The translations under genes were made by a program, and so were the position numbers. The notes under the pieces are model-generated. The model was not told the origin of the DNA and did not search any database. It worked only from the letters and a program-made list of their open reading frames with translations. From the human T2T-CHM13v2.0 reference genome, Homo sapiens: a stretch of 64,000 bases of DNA. Positions 42,735 through 59,103 of the stretch are shown in pieces. Position 1 is the first letter of the stretch. Each line of letters begins with the position of its first letter. Where the stretch lies: the NCBI RefSeq assembly GCF_009914755.1, contig NC_060926.1; one strand, written 5' to 3'.

Positions 42735-42960
42735 GCTATAGGCACAATAATGTCCTCAGAGATGGCTTCATCCCCGAACCTGTGACTGTTACCTTACACA
42801 TCAAAAGGACTTTGTAGCTGTGTTTAAGGATCTTGAGATGAAGAGGATTACCCTAGATTATCCAGATGGGCCCAATGTAATCACAAAAATCCCCAAAAGA
42901 TGGAAGAGTAAAGCAGAAGAGACAGAGAAGGTAATGTGATGATTTTTTTCACAGAGGTCA
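42735..42960 (+). mobile_element. MLT1D-like LTR 5' fragment followed by an L2 3' end (to about 43210)
   Basis: CCCGAACCTGTGACTGTTACCTTACA...GGATCTTGAGATG...GATTATCCAGATGGGCCCAATGTAATCAC; L2 end CAGCAGGTACTCAATAAATATTTGTTGAATAAATG. Confidence 0.75.
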
Positions 42961-45900
42961 AGCTTCACCTCCTCGGAGAAGCCTATCTTGTCTTTCCTTG
43001 TGAAATCAGTTGTCTTATTTGTAGCCTCTTTGCATTATCTACCACAATCACCACCACAACTGTGGGATGAGTGTGTGATTATTCTATTAATGTCTGTGTC
43101 CTTCACTAACTCATGAAGGCAGGGACTGAGCCAGATTTTGCTTCCTTCTGAATTCCCAGCACACAGCAGGTACTCAATAAATATTTGTTGAATAAATGAG
43201 CAAATGAAAGGGTGAGCAGAATCTAACCCCCCTACGGTTCTGAGTATTCTTTAGTGTGGGTGGAAACACAGCAGTCCATGAGGCACCCCACTGACCGGTT
43301 CTTTGCTTCTTGTTTTTGTATCTTGCTCAGACCAGAATATTTATCTTTACATATGGTCTTAATACATTTCTGCTGAGAGAACAGCAGTATCTGTGACTCC
43401 AATCAATGGCTCAAGGAGTTTGCAAGGATGGAAATTTTCCTTTTTCTATGTTATGATTTGTATTCAGATTATTCTGATTTAACTCTTGACCCAGCAGCCC
43501 CACCGGTGTACAATGATCTCTGTTGTTAGACTGGAGATCTCCCGCAGCTTTTCTCTTCTCTGAGTGTGAAAGACCATCCACTTATTCAAAGACCAAGATC
43601 CAGAGCCCAGTTTTGCAATACCCCAGGGGGATCCCATTTTCAAATAATCAGAACAAACTCTATTGAAAATCACTTCAACCTTAGTGCACCCCTGCATTTA
43701 TTTTTAAAGGAAGTTGTGAGTGAAGTTACAAAAAATAAACAAGAGCAGTAAATACTAAAACGGCAGCTACACTTGATCCAGACAGTTATTGCATACCAAC
43801 TACGAGTGAAGCCCTGAAATAAGGTTGGGAGGCACTGTCTTTTGTTGGCACACTCTTATTTCCCTTATGTCTCTGAGCACAAGTTCACTTTGACCCTCAC
43901 AACTTGCCTGGGAGAGCGACAAGGTATTAATCTCTTTAAGTGCTGAAGTCACAGGTAATTACTCACTCTGTTTATCTGGGTGCTTCATCTTTGTCTTCCT
44001 GTGCTCCTCATGCTGTCTGACACATAGTAGGCCTGGAGGCGTATTTTTGAAGGAACAAATGAATGCCTGGCTTCTTTCTAAAGGGAGATTTTTACATTGA
44101 TTTGCCCAACATTACTCAGTAAGCAAAGGGCCTTCGATGTGCAGCCTGCTGACCTAATCCCAAGTCCAGCATTCCTTCCTCTCTGCTGTCCATGAAAGAA
44201 CTCCTAGGCAGGAAGGATGAGGGACAGTGGGGACACACACCATATGAATGTCAGGTATATGACGGGAAGTTTAAGTATAATCAGACAAGGAAAAGTAGCA
44301 CAGAAGAAAGCAAGCTTTGAGTTTACCCAGTCAAACAGCAGGAAGAATGTAGCTGGACAATAAAGACAAATAATCCAGCAGTGATGCCTGGAACCTTCCC
44401 CTTTCCCCAGCTGTAGGCCCCAAAACCAAGTGAGTCAGGCACACCGCTGACATGGCAGCCAGTCCAACCGGGGCATTTCATAGCCCTCGGGATGTTTAAA
44501 GAAGCAAAACACTCGGAGGATATGAATTCCTGCCCCATTAAAGAAAGTTTATTTTACAATATTTAACATTTCTTTATTAAAGGTGAACAGGCAGGATATA
44601 AGCTCTATAAACTTTCCAAGGAGAAGACATTGCTGGCATTCCAAGTGAAGAAATCATTGCCCTGTAGGAGAACCAAGGCTTGCCTATTTCACTTTACAGG
44701 TGCCACACATGGCATATTTTTCTTACAGGATTGTAATGCAGATGGATGAGCTTTTGGACATTAAAATTGTAACTGGATTTTTCTTGCCACCTCATTACTG
44801 TGCCATTTAAGGAAGAAGCTCATGGTTAATTCTCAGGGTAGGCTTGCCCAAAGCATCCCTTGTATTATGGGCAGGGCCTTGTCCTCAAATTGTACTACAT
44901 AAGATGTCAGCTGGGGCCTCCCTGCCCTTCAGAGATAAGCCTTCCTCCAAGATTTCAGGGCCTGGGGTATGAGTGCCAATGGAGGTTGTTGATCAAGCCC
45001 CCTTCTCTTCCCACCTGACTCTATCAGCACCAGGACCAGCTCACAAGTAGGAATGTGGACATATGAGGGTCCGGACACTCAATTTCTATCCACATCCCCA
45101 CAAACAAAGCTCCTCGGTGGAGTGGTCCACCATCCGGAGGAAGAACCTAGGTGAGAGTCCTGCACAGGCCTAGAAAGCCAGATTGGAACCATCTGGACAG
45201 GGGATGCCAATGGCCCATGAACCTGGCAGGGCATGAGTTCCAGATGCACACACCACCAGACTGAGCACATTCCTAACCCCATGGAAAGGGACATCCTGAG
45301 GACAGCCAGAGAGAAGCCCTCTGAGGTACTTGGCCCAAGTTGCCTGGATCTGGGCTTGTGCTAATCATGTTTAGGTAAAGTTGATTTAAACTCCCCACAA
45401 AGCCCAAAGCTCCTGTGTAACATCTGTCATTGTCTTGGGGCTTGCGTCCTAACAGTCTTCTCCCCTGGTTCACCTCTGGCTGCGTCCTACTTGCTTCACT
45501 CCACACCAACCCAAACTTGAAATGTCACTGCTTCACAATTTCTTAGAAAAAAAAATTCTCATACCTAGCATTTTATTTTTAGTTCACTCTACTGAAGACT
45601 TGGATGTTGAAAAGCTCCTTTTATCTCTGCATCCTTCTCTCTCCAAGGAATGAAGAAAATCCCATTTCTATTGTCATAGAAAGAGTCTAGAGACCATCTT
45701 TTAGGGTCTGAATTTTTTGTTGGGATCTTACTCTCCAAATAGAATGGTTTATCAAGGCTTAAGAAAGATTTTGGGAAGCAAAATGTTCTCCTTATTCACA
45801 TATGTCCGATTGTGCACAAACACATACATCACTTCCACTCTCTTCTTGGTGGAAGAGAAACTAATACAAGGAGTCAGCGGATGCATACTAATGGTGGAAC

Positions 45901-46852
45901 AATAGGCTAAAGTTCCCTGGGCTACATATTCGTTTGTCCTAAGTCCTGGTTGTTGAGTCTTCTTCATTTTGAGATCTGGGCTGGAGGAGAAATCCCTCCC
46001 TGGAACACACTGCCCTTGCAAAAGAAGGAAATGAGCTGTGTAACCTGATGATGTTTTTGAAAGTTTCTGCTCAGATGTAGCCCACGTAACTTTTGCTCAC
46101 TTTCCATTGGCAAATGCAAGTCATATAGCAAAAGCCGATCTATGGGATGTGTGTGTATAATTCTCTTAAATACATGGAGGTTAACTGAGTGGGGACAGTA
46201 ATGGTACAATACCCATCGAATAGTAACCTCCTTATCATCCTTCAAGAAGCAGCTAAAAATGTCATCTCTTCAGTATCATTCCATGGAAACATCTATCTCC
46301 CTGTTCTGTTCTACAGCATTACAACATTGAGACTTTCAGGACAATGTGCTGATTCCCCTACTACTTAGTGAGCCCTTTGAGGGCAGTGATAGTCTCTTAT
46401 TTTATTCTATCTTCCCGTTACTTAGAACAGTCCCTGGAGCCTAGTACATTGTGCTATTATTGCTTACTTAGGGGAAAAAAAGGTGGTGCAATAATGCATG
46501 GAATCAGTCTTGAAATCCAAGGAATATTAAGAGAAAGTTATAAAGGAGGAGATGGAGAAAGACCAAAAACTGACTTTTGCACTTTTAAGTTGAGCTGTGT
46601 GTGTGTATATATATAATAGATATACAAGAAATATAGATGAGGCAGCTGCATTTATAAGCCTAAAGTTTTGGAGACATTTTCAGGGTGGATATATAAATTT
46701 GGCATACATTGGCAGTCATCAGCACATAGACGGTGTTATCACCTAAGAAAAGAATGGAGAAAGAGATGTTTATGATGTGTTTCCCATTTCCCACTTCCCA
46801 CTTCCTGACTTGCCCAGAGACTGTAAGTCAGAACCTCTCCTTGGACAGACTC

Positions 46853-47118
<266 letters not shown>

Positions 47119-47960
47119 GGACAGGCTCTTAAAGTGTCTTCTAAAAGATCAACCTTGGTTGACCGTAGGTTTTTCATTAGAATGGAGACATATACTCAGC
47201 CTCAAAACTCTAATTTGACCCTCTGTTCCTTTGGGCTTACTTCTGCATGGAGCTGGGTTATATTATTATAGGGACCTTCAAAGTGCATTACCCGTCACCC
47301 CCGGACGCCTGTTGCATGAGCCATCCAAACCACATGTCTGTCACTCTCTTCCCTCCTCTTCCCCCATTTGTCATGTTGGTAGGATGACAGCTTTGTATTG
47401 AGTGAGTAATGAGGGCCAGGCATGATGACAAATGCCTTGCATGTGCTATCTCATTCCATCCTCACCACAACCTGGTGAGGGAGGCATTGACTCAATTTAC
47501 GGATGTATTCAAAGCTCAGAGAGGTTAGGTAATGTGCCTCAAGTCAGCACGAGTAAGAAGCAGGTCTTTTGAATGGAAGTATCTCTCAGTGCAGATTCCA
47601 TGCTCTCCATAAGCCACCAAGCTGCCTCAAACACAAACAAATCATTGAGAGCTGAGTCTTCTGGAAAGAGATATTTACACTTTGCAGGTAAAGAAACATA
47701 CGCACATACACACGATACGTCTATATCTGTGTGTAGATATAAGTATACTTGGATTTTTTAAAAAAACAATATGTTACATAATTTCCTGCATTCTTAAATA
47801 GATAATGAATAATATTTAATAATTCCTCCATACTTTTATTTCATGTCTGCTCTGTGCCTCGCATTGTGTCAAGAGCAGTGTTTTGAACTTATTTTGAATT
47901 AACTGTTGTCCTCCAAAACTCTTAAGGGTTTGCGGTTTAACTGAAGAGAGGTAAGCTACA

Positions 47961-48276
47961 TGCTGCTCTATGATCACCCTGACCCCCAATGTGATGGTAT
48001 TTGGAGACAGGGCCTTTGAGAGGTAATTAGGTCATGAGAGTGGAGTGCTCCTGATGGGATTAGTGTCCTTCTAAGAGACAGGAGAGAGCTTGCTTCTTTT
48101 CTGTCTGCTCTCAGCTATGCCAGGACATAGCCAGGAAGAGGGCCTTCACCAGAACCCGAACAGCCTGGTACCTTGATCCCAGACTTCCATCTTACAGAAC
48201 TGTGAGAAATACATGTCTGTTGCTTAAGCCAACCAGTCAATGGTCTCCTGTTACAGCAGCCTGATTAGTTCAGACA
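47961..48276 (+). mobile_element. MLT1A-type MaLR LTR
   Basis: CCCCAATGTGATGGTATTTGGAGACAGGGCCTTTGAGAGGTAATTAGGTCATGAG...CAGAACTGTGAGAAATACATGTCTGTTGCTTAAGCC. Confidence 0.85.
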
Positions 48277-51200
48277 CATACACATGTATGTATAAAAGAA
48301 GAACAGATCATATTAAGAGGAATAAGATACTTCTTTTTAAATGTTAAAGGCCTTCTAATTTGCAAGTCTTTTTCCTGTGTATAATTTCATTTGATCTTTG
48401 AAATAATTACCGCTATTTAGCAGACAAAAAAAATTGAGGCTGGGAAAATTTCAGTATTTGTTGAAGATTACACGACTAGTAGATGCCAAAGCTGGGAAAT
48501 AAAACCCAGGTTCAAATCCAAGATTCCCTCTGGTAAAGTGAGGCTGACTCTTTACGGGAACAAGCTTCTCTCCTGTTCTCCAGGACCTCTGAGGAAGGAA
48601 ATCTCACTCCCTTCTTCCGGCACCCAGGAACCTCGCTCCTTTATAGGAATGAAGTTCTGGTGTTCATTTTTGCTAAACTGCACTCGTGGGTTTGGCTGAG
48701 TGATGCCTGAGGCTGGGGGTGGCGGGCAAGAGAATGTGTGTGCCGTGTAGCTCCTGCCAGCCCTGCAGAGCTGGCATTTTCTACAAGAATGCTTGCTTCT
48801 CAGAAACACTGTTGATAATGAGGTTGCTCATTTTTAAAATGCTGTAACTGATATTCTGGGAAAACAAACCTGGTTCCAGAAGTGCAGCTGTGGTGTTCGG
48901 ATTTAAGCTTGGAGGTAGTTGTTTAAGATGAGCTTTTAGCTGGCCTGACGACCTGTCAATGGACTGCGACGGGGCGGCACAATCAGGCCATTGTACTAAC
49001 AGAGAAATCTCAGGGCTCTTCAGAGCCTAAGAGGATTGTGAGAATTCCTGAACCTGGCACCTACTAAAGTGGACTTTTCACCTCTTGGGACCCTGGTAAA
49101 GATGAAGAGAGAGAGAGTTTCAAATCAAAAGAAATGTGCCACGGATTACAAGAAATCCCCTCTAGCCTCAGTCAGACTTGGAGGACATGCAAATGCATTT
49201 GAATGGAGGAAGACTATTTGGGGCCCCTGGGAAACAGGGTGGCACAGAGCAGTTTCCTGGCCTCGAAGAGGATGCAGTTTTCCAAGATGTGGGGTTTGCT
49301 TGTGCATCTCCATGCGCAGGGCAGGGGGCTCAGCACAGTAATAACCAGAGTCACACACCATAGGCAGATCCCTGGCTCTGCTTGGAGGGACAAAGATTCA
49401 GAGCTGGGCGGATCATCAATAGACCATCTACACCAAGCCCCTGACTCCTGAACTACATTCTTTCCATCATACCCGTCACTCCATGTCTATTTTCTCAGTA
49501 TTGAATGAGAAAGGAAATGAATGTTTACTGCATCTAATTATGTGCCAGGTGCCTCATTAAGTTTATAATGGAAATCACACAGTATGATAATAGCCAATAT
49601 TTAAGAAGAATCTAGTAGGTGCAGGCATGAGTCTAATTGTTGGATACACATTAACTTATATTTAATTCTCACAATAGCCCCAAGTGGTAGGCTGTGGTGA
49701 GTATCTGAGACAGAGGCACAGAGAAATGTTCTTAGCCAGCAAGCAAAAGAGCTGAGATTCCCCGCCGATGGCTGTCTGACTCCAGAGACCTGCTCTTTGC
49801 CTCATGTCAAGGGTACAGCCTGAATCAGATAAGGTTCTCTGTCCCCAGTCTGGACACATGGCCCCTTTTGAAATTGTTCCAGAACAAGTTTCTTCCTCTT
49901 TTCCTACCTGACAATTCCTCCAAGAGGCAGAGCCAAAGGAACCTTCCACTCCAGGATTCATCTGAAAGTCCTCAAAGACAGCATCTCTTAGCATTACATT
50001 GCTAAAGGTTTTAAAAACCTGCCAGTCCTTAAAAGTTTACCAACCCTACTGAACCAATAGGTATCTAGTGGTGACAACACTGGCTATATTTTTAAAAATT
50101 GGCATACATTGCACTCAACACTTCTGTTTGTTCTGTGTTCTGCTTTTAATTGGTGCTTCATATTCTACATAATCTAATTTAGTAAGTCTTTTCTTTGTGA
50201 ACTGTGTATGTCAACTGATAGAAAGTAGATCCATTCTCAAGGAGATAATCATAGGCCGGAGCTAAAGAAGAAACATCTTTACAAAACACAAACATGAACA
50301 TGGTAACCTTTGGTTTGCAAATTACCTGGAGATTTTTTAACCCTTTGGGATCTTGTTTCTCACTCACTATCTCATCAGTCTGGCTTCTTCCCACAGCCTT
50401 GCCCTGGAGGCTCCAGGCACAGAATTACAGTGGCACAAGCCCTTCTAGGGTGATTGTGCCTTGCACACACAGCTCCCTGAACACATTCAGACCGAGCACC
50501 ACATTCCTTCTACCTGGCTAACGCCTGTGAATCTGCCAAAGCACCATCACCCCCTCCAGGAAAAATACCTTCACCAGACAGCATCTGGGAAGTCAAGTCC
50601 ACTTCCTAGAGGTTCCCCTGTACTCTGTGTCTACCACCTGCTATCCTGACACCTATCACCTCCAACTGTTATCGGCCAAGTCCTGATGACATTGTGAATT
50701 CTTTGAGGCAAAGACTATACTCCTTTGACTCTATATCCTCAGAGTCTTGATACCATCCTGGCACACAGCAGAAGCTCAAAAATGCTTGATGAGTGAAGGA
50801 TACACATTTATAAATCCACTGTTTAAATAGAGTTTAGGGTTTTCAAAGGGCCCAGGCTTATGAACCTCCTTTGTAAATCACCCCAAATCAAATACAATGT
50901 TCACAATAACATACAAGGATGGGCTCCATCAAACTAATTCAAATGCATAGCTGCAGCCTGTTCTTTGCTTTTATTTTAGTTTTTCGTATTGGGTAGATTT
51001 TTTTATGGGGGCGATGTTTTGGAGTACTGTGGTACAATGTTCTGCACCATAAAGAAATTTTAGTGTTTAGAAGTCAGAAATTGAGTCTGACTGTGAACTA
51101 CACCAAAGTGCATGCATGTAGGCTGTGCATTGACCACAGAATGCAAATGCTGAGCCATTATAATATATCTAGATCTACACAGGTAGGCAGATAGCTAGAT

Positions 51201-51685
51201 ATAGATACAGATATACATAGATAGAGATATAGACACAGATACAGATATTGTTATGTAGATAAATAGCTGGATATAGTTTCTTGTTATATACAGAGGAAGG
51301 TCTTGATCTTAGTTTTAATACTGAAGACACAGGCAATAATTAGCAAACTCGTAAATTCGAGTAATGTTTATTTAATTTCTGGCAAATAAAATCATGATAT
51401 ATTTGTTTGAATTCAGTTCTCTCAGTATATTACATTTATTAGTCTCCCCTCCCCCACATGCCCCAGAATGTGAATTTAGGTTTCAAAAGCCTTTGTTAAG
51501 TTTTGGAGATCACTCTAGTCTATCCATTGTTTTTATTAGTTTGGGTCCATACAGACCATTCTCTAATTTTACTTTCATATGTGTTGAGTTAGTGCATCCA
51601 TGGGCAGGGGGACCAAGAGAGGAGGCCTGAATCCAGATAGGAGAGGGCCAGAATAGAAACAGGAAATTAAAAGTAGAAAAGGGTA

Positions 51686-51723
51686 GTGTGTGTGTGTGCG
51701 TGTGTGTGTGTGTGTGTGCGTGT
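51686..51723. repeat. (TG)n microsatellite with CG interruptions
   Basis: Direct reading. Confidence 0.95.
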
Positions 51724-52154
51724 AGAAAAGGGAGGAAAAGCCACAATCAGGAAACCCAGATCTTTCCTCCCTCTGCCTCTCCAGCCTTGGAAATTCTTTC
51801 TGAAATACAGCTGGCATTCACTTCTTATATACTGAGCCTCGTGACCTTGGCTGGTACCCATGTCCACACTACATTTATGGCATCCAAATTGCTAATTTGG
51901 TGTTAAGGTGGATGGAGGGAGGGAGGGAGGAATTAAAGGATAGGAAGGAAAAAAAATACCCCAAACTGCAAAAGTTAAATTTCCGGCCAGGTGGCTTCCA
52001 AACCATCCAGCAGCTTTATTCAAGGCATTGAAGTCTTGAGCCAAACAGTTCCAGATCTTCAATATTTACCCTACAGTCTCCAAAAACAAAAGTTGACTGT
52101 GTTCCTTGAAGTCAATCTTACCAGCATTTCAGGATGACAGATGGGAGAGGCTGA

Positions 52155-52601
<447 letters not shown>

Positions 52602-53059
52602 TCTTGTTTTCCTTTTAAGGTTACTCTGCCTCCCACCATCAGTTCCTACTCTGCCCCCAACCCAGTCATCTGCTGCATTATTCATCATGTATATCAAGAA
52701 CTCACCCTGGAACAGCAATGGCTAACCCAGCTCCCTAGTCTAAATTCCTTTAACCCAGCCACTTACATCCATGGACTAAGCACAAAGAAATAATGGTAGA
52801 GCCAATTCTGTAGATGTGGCAGAATCTCTATGTAGCTATGGACTTATGCAGGGCAGACCTTTGGGAAGGGGAAATGGGTGATGGGTGAACATAAAATTCT
52901 GAAAATGAAACATATTCAGGAGGCAAAGACTCCATCCCAGTCCAGCCTTGATGAGTGCTTGTCACTTGCTTTTCTCCTCACTATCAGCCATCCTTCTTTG
53001 CTTCTCCAAACTCCATTCATTGTTCAATGTTCTCAATGGTAGGTATCGCCATCAGAGTC

Positions 53060-53820
53060 ACTCAGTGAATATGTACTGAGAACCTACCATGTGCCAGGCA
53101 CTGTTCCAGGCTTGAAGCTAACAAAGTGCGGGCCCTGCTAGAGCTCATGTTCTAGGAGTAGGGGACAGACAATAAACAAATAAATAAGTAAATCTTCAGT
53201 GTATTGGATGTGGTTCATGGTATGGCTAAAAACACTGCAGGGTACATAGGAAAGAGAGAGGGGGAGCAGGTGCAATATTTGTCATATGGGCAGAGCACAG
53301 AAAAAGATGAAGGAACAAATAAGAGGCTATGTGAAAGAAGAGCCTTCCAGCAGAGTGAACAGCCAGAGCAAAGGCCCTGAGACGGGAGGGTGTGGCTTGG
53401 CTAACAAGCAGCAAGGCAGGTTGGCAGGGCCAGAGGGGACAGGTGGGAAATGATGCAAAGCAGAGAGTTTTGGGAGGACTCTGACTTTACTTCTATGTGA
53501 GATTGGAGCCTCTGGTGAGTTTTGAGCAAATGAGTAGCGTGATCAGGCTCATGTCAGACTTTGAGCTGCAATGTTGAGAATAGACCATAACTATTAAGGG
53601 GAAGAGCTAAAGCAGCCAGAACAGAGTCTTCTTCATCCATCCACACTTAGAAGGAAAGAAATAATGGTGACTTGGACCAAGATGAAGATAGTAGACATTG
53701 AACTCTGGAAGTTCTTTGAGGGTAGAGCCAACTGATATACTTGCTGATGAGTTAGATGTGAAGAATAAGAGGTGTCAGGGATGACTCCCAAGCTTTTGGC
53801 TTTAACAACTGAAATGAGCA
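53060..53820 (-). mobile_element. L2 (L2a/b-like) 3' region
   Basis: ATATGTACTGAGAACCTACCATGTGCCAGGCACTGTTCCAGG...CAAAGGCCCTGAG...GTCAGGGATGACTCCCAAGCTTTTGGC. Confidence 0.8.
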
Positions 53821-53919
53821 ACTAATTTCTTCATCTGTGCTCCCAGTTACTTTTATTAATGTTAATATCATAACATGTTAGTAACAATTGTGCATGTGGG
53901 CATCTCTCCACTAGATGCA

Positions 53920-54115
53920 CTGTCTCTTAACTTTCAAAGGTCTTTTGATAGGCTGGGACTCTACTGAAAGCTATGGACTCTTGCCAATGAGGAGATAAGT
54001 ATACATACACAAATTCATGCACACATTTACATCCTGAAAAGGTTTACTTCTCTCCCCAAGTTCATCCATAGAACCCCTGAGTTGTTCATGGATCCAGGAT
54101 TAAAAGATTCAGGCA
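53920..54115. mobile_element. hAT-Charlie-derived DNA transposon relic
   Basis: CTGAAAGCTATGGACTC...CATCCATAGAACCCC...GGATTAAAAGATTC resembles old Charlie-type short elements; family uncertain. Confidence 0.45.
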
Positions 54116-54334
54116 CTAGATTTATTTGTTCTTTTAATACGTTATTATAGAGCACCTGGGACATGACAGATATAATGGGTGACCAAAAATAGCTAGACTA
54201 TTTTCTCATGGAGACTGTCATCCGATGCAGGAAATAGACAAGATGTTAGTAAACAAATAAACAAGTAAATAATTATAATTTATAAAAGGAGCCATGGAGA
54301 AAAAAGCAAAGCAGGGTAACATAACCTACTATAA

Positions 54335-54790
54335 TATAGTATAAAAGAAAACAGAAACCATCCGGGTCTTATAAACAGAGGAGATTAATACAAGGAGTTG
54401 GTTGAACACACAATGGAAAGATTAGAGGGTAATGAGACCAGAGATGAGCAACATAAGAAGCCCACTACCACTCCCAAGGATGGAGGAGAAGTCAGAAGAA
54501 AGGGTACAACTAGAACTCAGACACCTAGACTATCTGGAAGCTAGAATCGAAGAAGAGGTGCTGCTTCACAGCAGTGAGGACTAGAAGCGAGGGCTTGTCT
54601 ACTGGAGATGCAACCAAGACAGAGCACGAAAGAGTAAAGTACTCTGGCTCCTCCCCTCCTCCCACTCTCCAGTTTTCTAGTAGTGCCTCCCCTTGACCAA
54701 ATCTGGCCAGAGCTAGTTCTCTGTGATTCAGAGCAGAACAGGAGAGGAACAGAAATGGATCAGAGAGCAATCAGGTGAGCAGCTGACACA
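54335..54790 (-). mobile_element. Old ERVL-type LTR (LTR33-like)
   Basis: AAAACAGAAACCATCCGGGTC...AAACAGAGGAGATTAATACAAGGAGTTGGTT...CTCCAGTTTTCTAGTAGTGCCTCCCCTTGACCAAATC; family uncertain. Confidence 0.5.
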
Positions 54791-54823
54791 CAGGGGAACC
54801 TACTTAGAAAAAGTGGTCACCTA

Positions 54824-56506
<1,683 letters not shown>

Positions 56507-57683
56507 AGAAAAAGTGGTCACCTAGTGCCACTCTGAGAAACTGAAATTTAAGTTGACATTGGCTAAATCAGAAGATGAATATCAAGGGAGAGAACATTCC
56601 AGGTGGAGGGAATTGTAACAGAACATTCCCAAGATGTTAAAAAGCTCTGTCTCTTTGGGAGTACAAGGCCTCACTTAAGGCCAATCTGGCTGAACAGCTA
56701 TCCCATTCTTTACACAATCAGAGGAGGAGGTTAGGCATATGGCTATTCTTCCATAACCACCTGCCAGGTGGCATATTGCCATGGAAGCAAGCTTCGGACC
56801 AAATTCCACTAGATGCCCACACATTTATCAGTGAGCCTACAGAAAGACCGTCCTACCACCTGCTCTGTCCTTTGGCGCACCCCGCAAGTACCTTGCCTGA
56901 AATGTGAACTTTGAGGTAAAGGCAAAAATATTCCAACACCAAGATTTATTATCAGGGTCCTCTGCTTAGCAAAGGCACGCAAGGCCAAATGGAGTCGTAG
57001 GCTAAGGAGGCAACTCAGAAAGTCCTGGATTGCTGGGCTTGCCAGGTTCTTGTACTTTATTTATGCAAAGGCGGAGGGGTTACACAACCTTTCAGCTATA
57101 TATCTTTTATTTCATCAATGAAAAGTTATTTGTAACATCACTTATACTAATTAATATACCTTCTAAAGCATATTCAGAAATTGATATTTAAAGTACATGC
57201 TGAGGCCATTTCTGAAGCATGGATCCTTTATTAGGGCAACTTAAGTATAACCCAGCTGCCCCTAGATTGTACACGGAAACTAACCTGCACACTCAGATAA
57301 CATCACACCGTTTAAACGAAAGCACAGTAAAGTTAATTACAGACAATGAAACAGAGGGGATGAAAGATGTCAGTGCTGCTGGAGTTTCACTGGTAAAGAT
57401 GAGAGTAGACTGACACGAGGCTGCAGAAGTGAGAAGGGGGTGAGTCTCATAGGCCATCTTAAGGGATGTGCGTCTCATTCAAACTGCATTGCAGGACTTT
57501 GAACAGGAGGTAACATAATCTGATCATGCTCACTGCTTTGTGAAGAATGGATGATAAGGAGGGAACGTGACACTAGGTCATTGAAAGTGTTGGAGTTACT
57601 GGCATCAACCCATCATGGTGGTAGTACAGATGGAGAGAAATGGAGACAGATGAGCTGTGTTTTGAAGATAGAAACTGAGGAAT

Positions 57684-58104
57684 TGTGTCAGTCTGTTTTG
57701 TGTCACTATAAAGGAATATGTGAGGCTGAGTAATTTATAAAGACAAAAGGTTTATTTTGTCTCACAGTTCTGCAGACTGTACAAGCTTGGCACCTGAATC
57801 TGCTTGGCTTCTGATGAGGCCTCAGGGAGCTTCCAATCATGGCCAAAGGTGAGGAGGAAGCCGGCGCATCACATGGTGAGAGACGGAGCCAGGAGGGAGG
57901 AGGTGTTGCCAGGTTCCTTCCAAACAACCAGCTCTCACGTGAACTAACAGAGCAAGTACTCACTCATCACTGAGGGGATGACAACAAGCCATTCATGAGG
58001 GATTCACCCCCATGATCCAACACCTCCCACCAGACCCCACCTCCAGTGCTGGAGATCACATGTCAACATGAAATTTGTTGGGGACATACATCCAAACCAT
58101 ATCA
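57684..58104 (-). mobile_element. MSTB-type MaLR solo LTR, inside an L2 relic (about 57300-58300)
   Basis: TGTGTCAGTCTGTTTTGTGTCACTATAAAGGAATA...CATCCAAACCATATCA; perfect TSD GGAAT at 57679-57683 and 58105-58109. Confidence 0.92.
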
Positions 58105-59049
58105 GGAATGAAACTGGATGATTCTGGAATGGTGGCAAGGGAGAGGTTGGAATCAAGGATGCCTCCCTGGTTTGTAGCTGATGTAGCTTGCCAGAGAATG
58201 GTTTATTTTACTAAGATGGGAGAGGCATAAGCAAGAAAAAGATTTGGTGGTGAAGTGGAAAAAGTGAAGTCAAAAAGGTTTCGTTTTATACTTTTTAATT
58301 TTGTGACACAAAAGCAAGGAACACATGCTTGTCTTATTTATCTATGTATCCACCTGCATGGCCTTGACTGGTGCTTAGTACATGTCTGAGTAATTAGAAT
58401 AGGCATGCTATTCTTTTGTCACTTATATTAATGTTTAACACCTCTCCCTGTGCCTTCCGCTTTTTCTCCCTCTCCCTACTCCCCTTTCTCTTAACATATA
58501 TAAAATAGCAGTTCATTTTCAGATGGTGGTTCAAATCATCAAAGATAAGGTAAACCAACAATATAATACATTTTAGACAGAATTAAACGTTCTGTAAGGC
58601 TTGAGTTGCAAGGGTGTCACCAACAAGAAATTAGAAATCAAACGAGCTCAAGTAAATGCAGTTTGGAGTCTGGATGAAAGAATGCATCCCAAGAAATCCC
58701 ATGTCTCTGAGATGGATAAATAGCCTTCCATTCCAATTGAAGATCTATTAATGCATTTCCTTCTCGCAATGCAAGTGATGCCATTGCAAATGCTATCATT
58801 CCTGTGGGTAGATGTGGCTATAATTTTCTCATCTGTAAAAGGAAGGAATTACAGTGGATTATCCCAAAGACTTGAAAGTTCCCTGTCAGATCCTTCTCAT
58901 CTTCTAGAGTTATATGGAAATGCCTTTTGGGGATCAGGAACACAACAGCTCCAGCTGTGGCAATCTCTCTGGTAGAGCCCCCATAGAATACACTGAAGGG
59001 CACCATCTGTGTAAATATAACACAAGTTGGGGGGAAGCATTAAAATATC

Positions 59050-59103
<54 letters not shown>
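59050..59103. repeat. Pure (TCTA)13 tetranucleotide STR
   Basis: 13 uninterrupted units at 59050-59101 plus TC. Confidence 0.95.
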
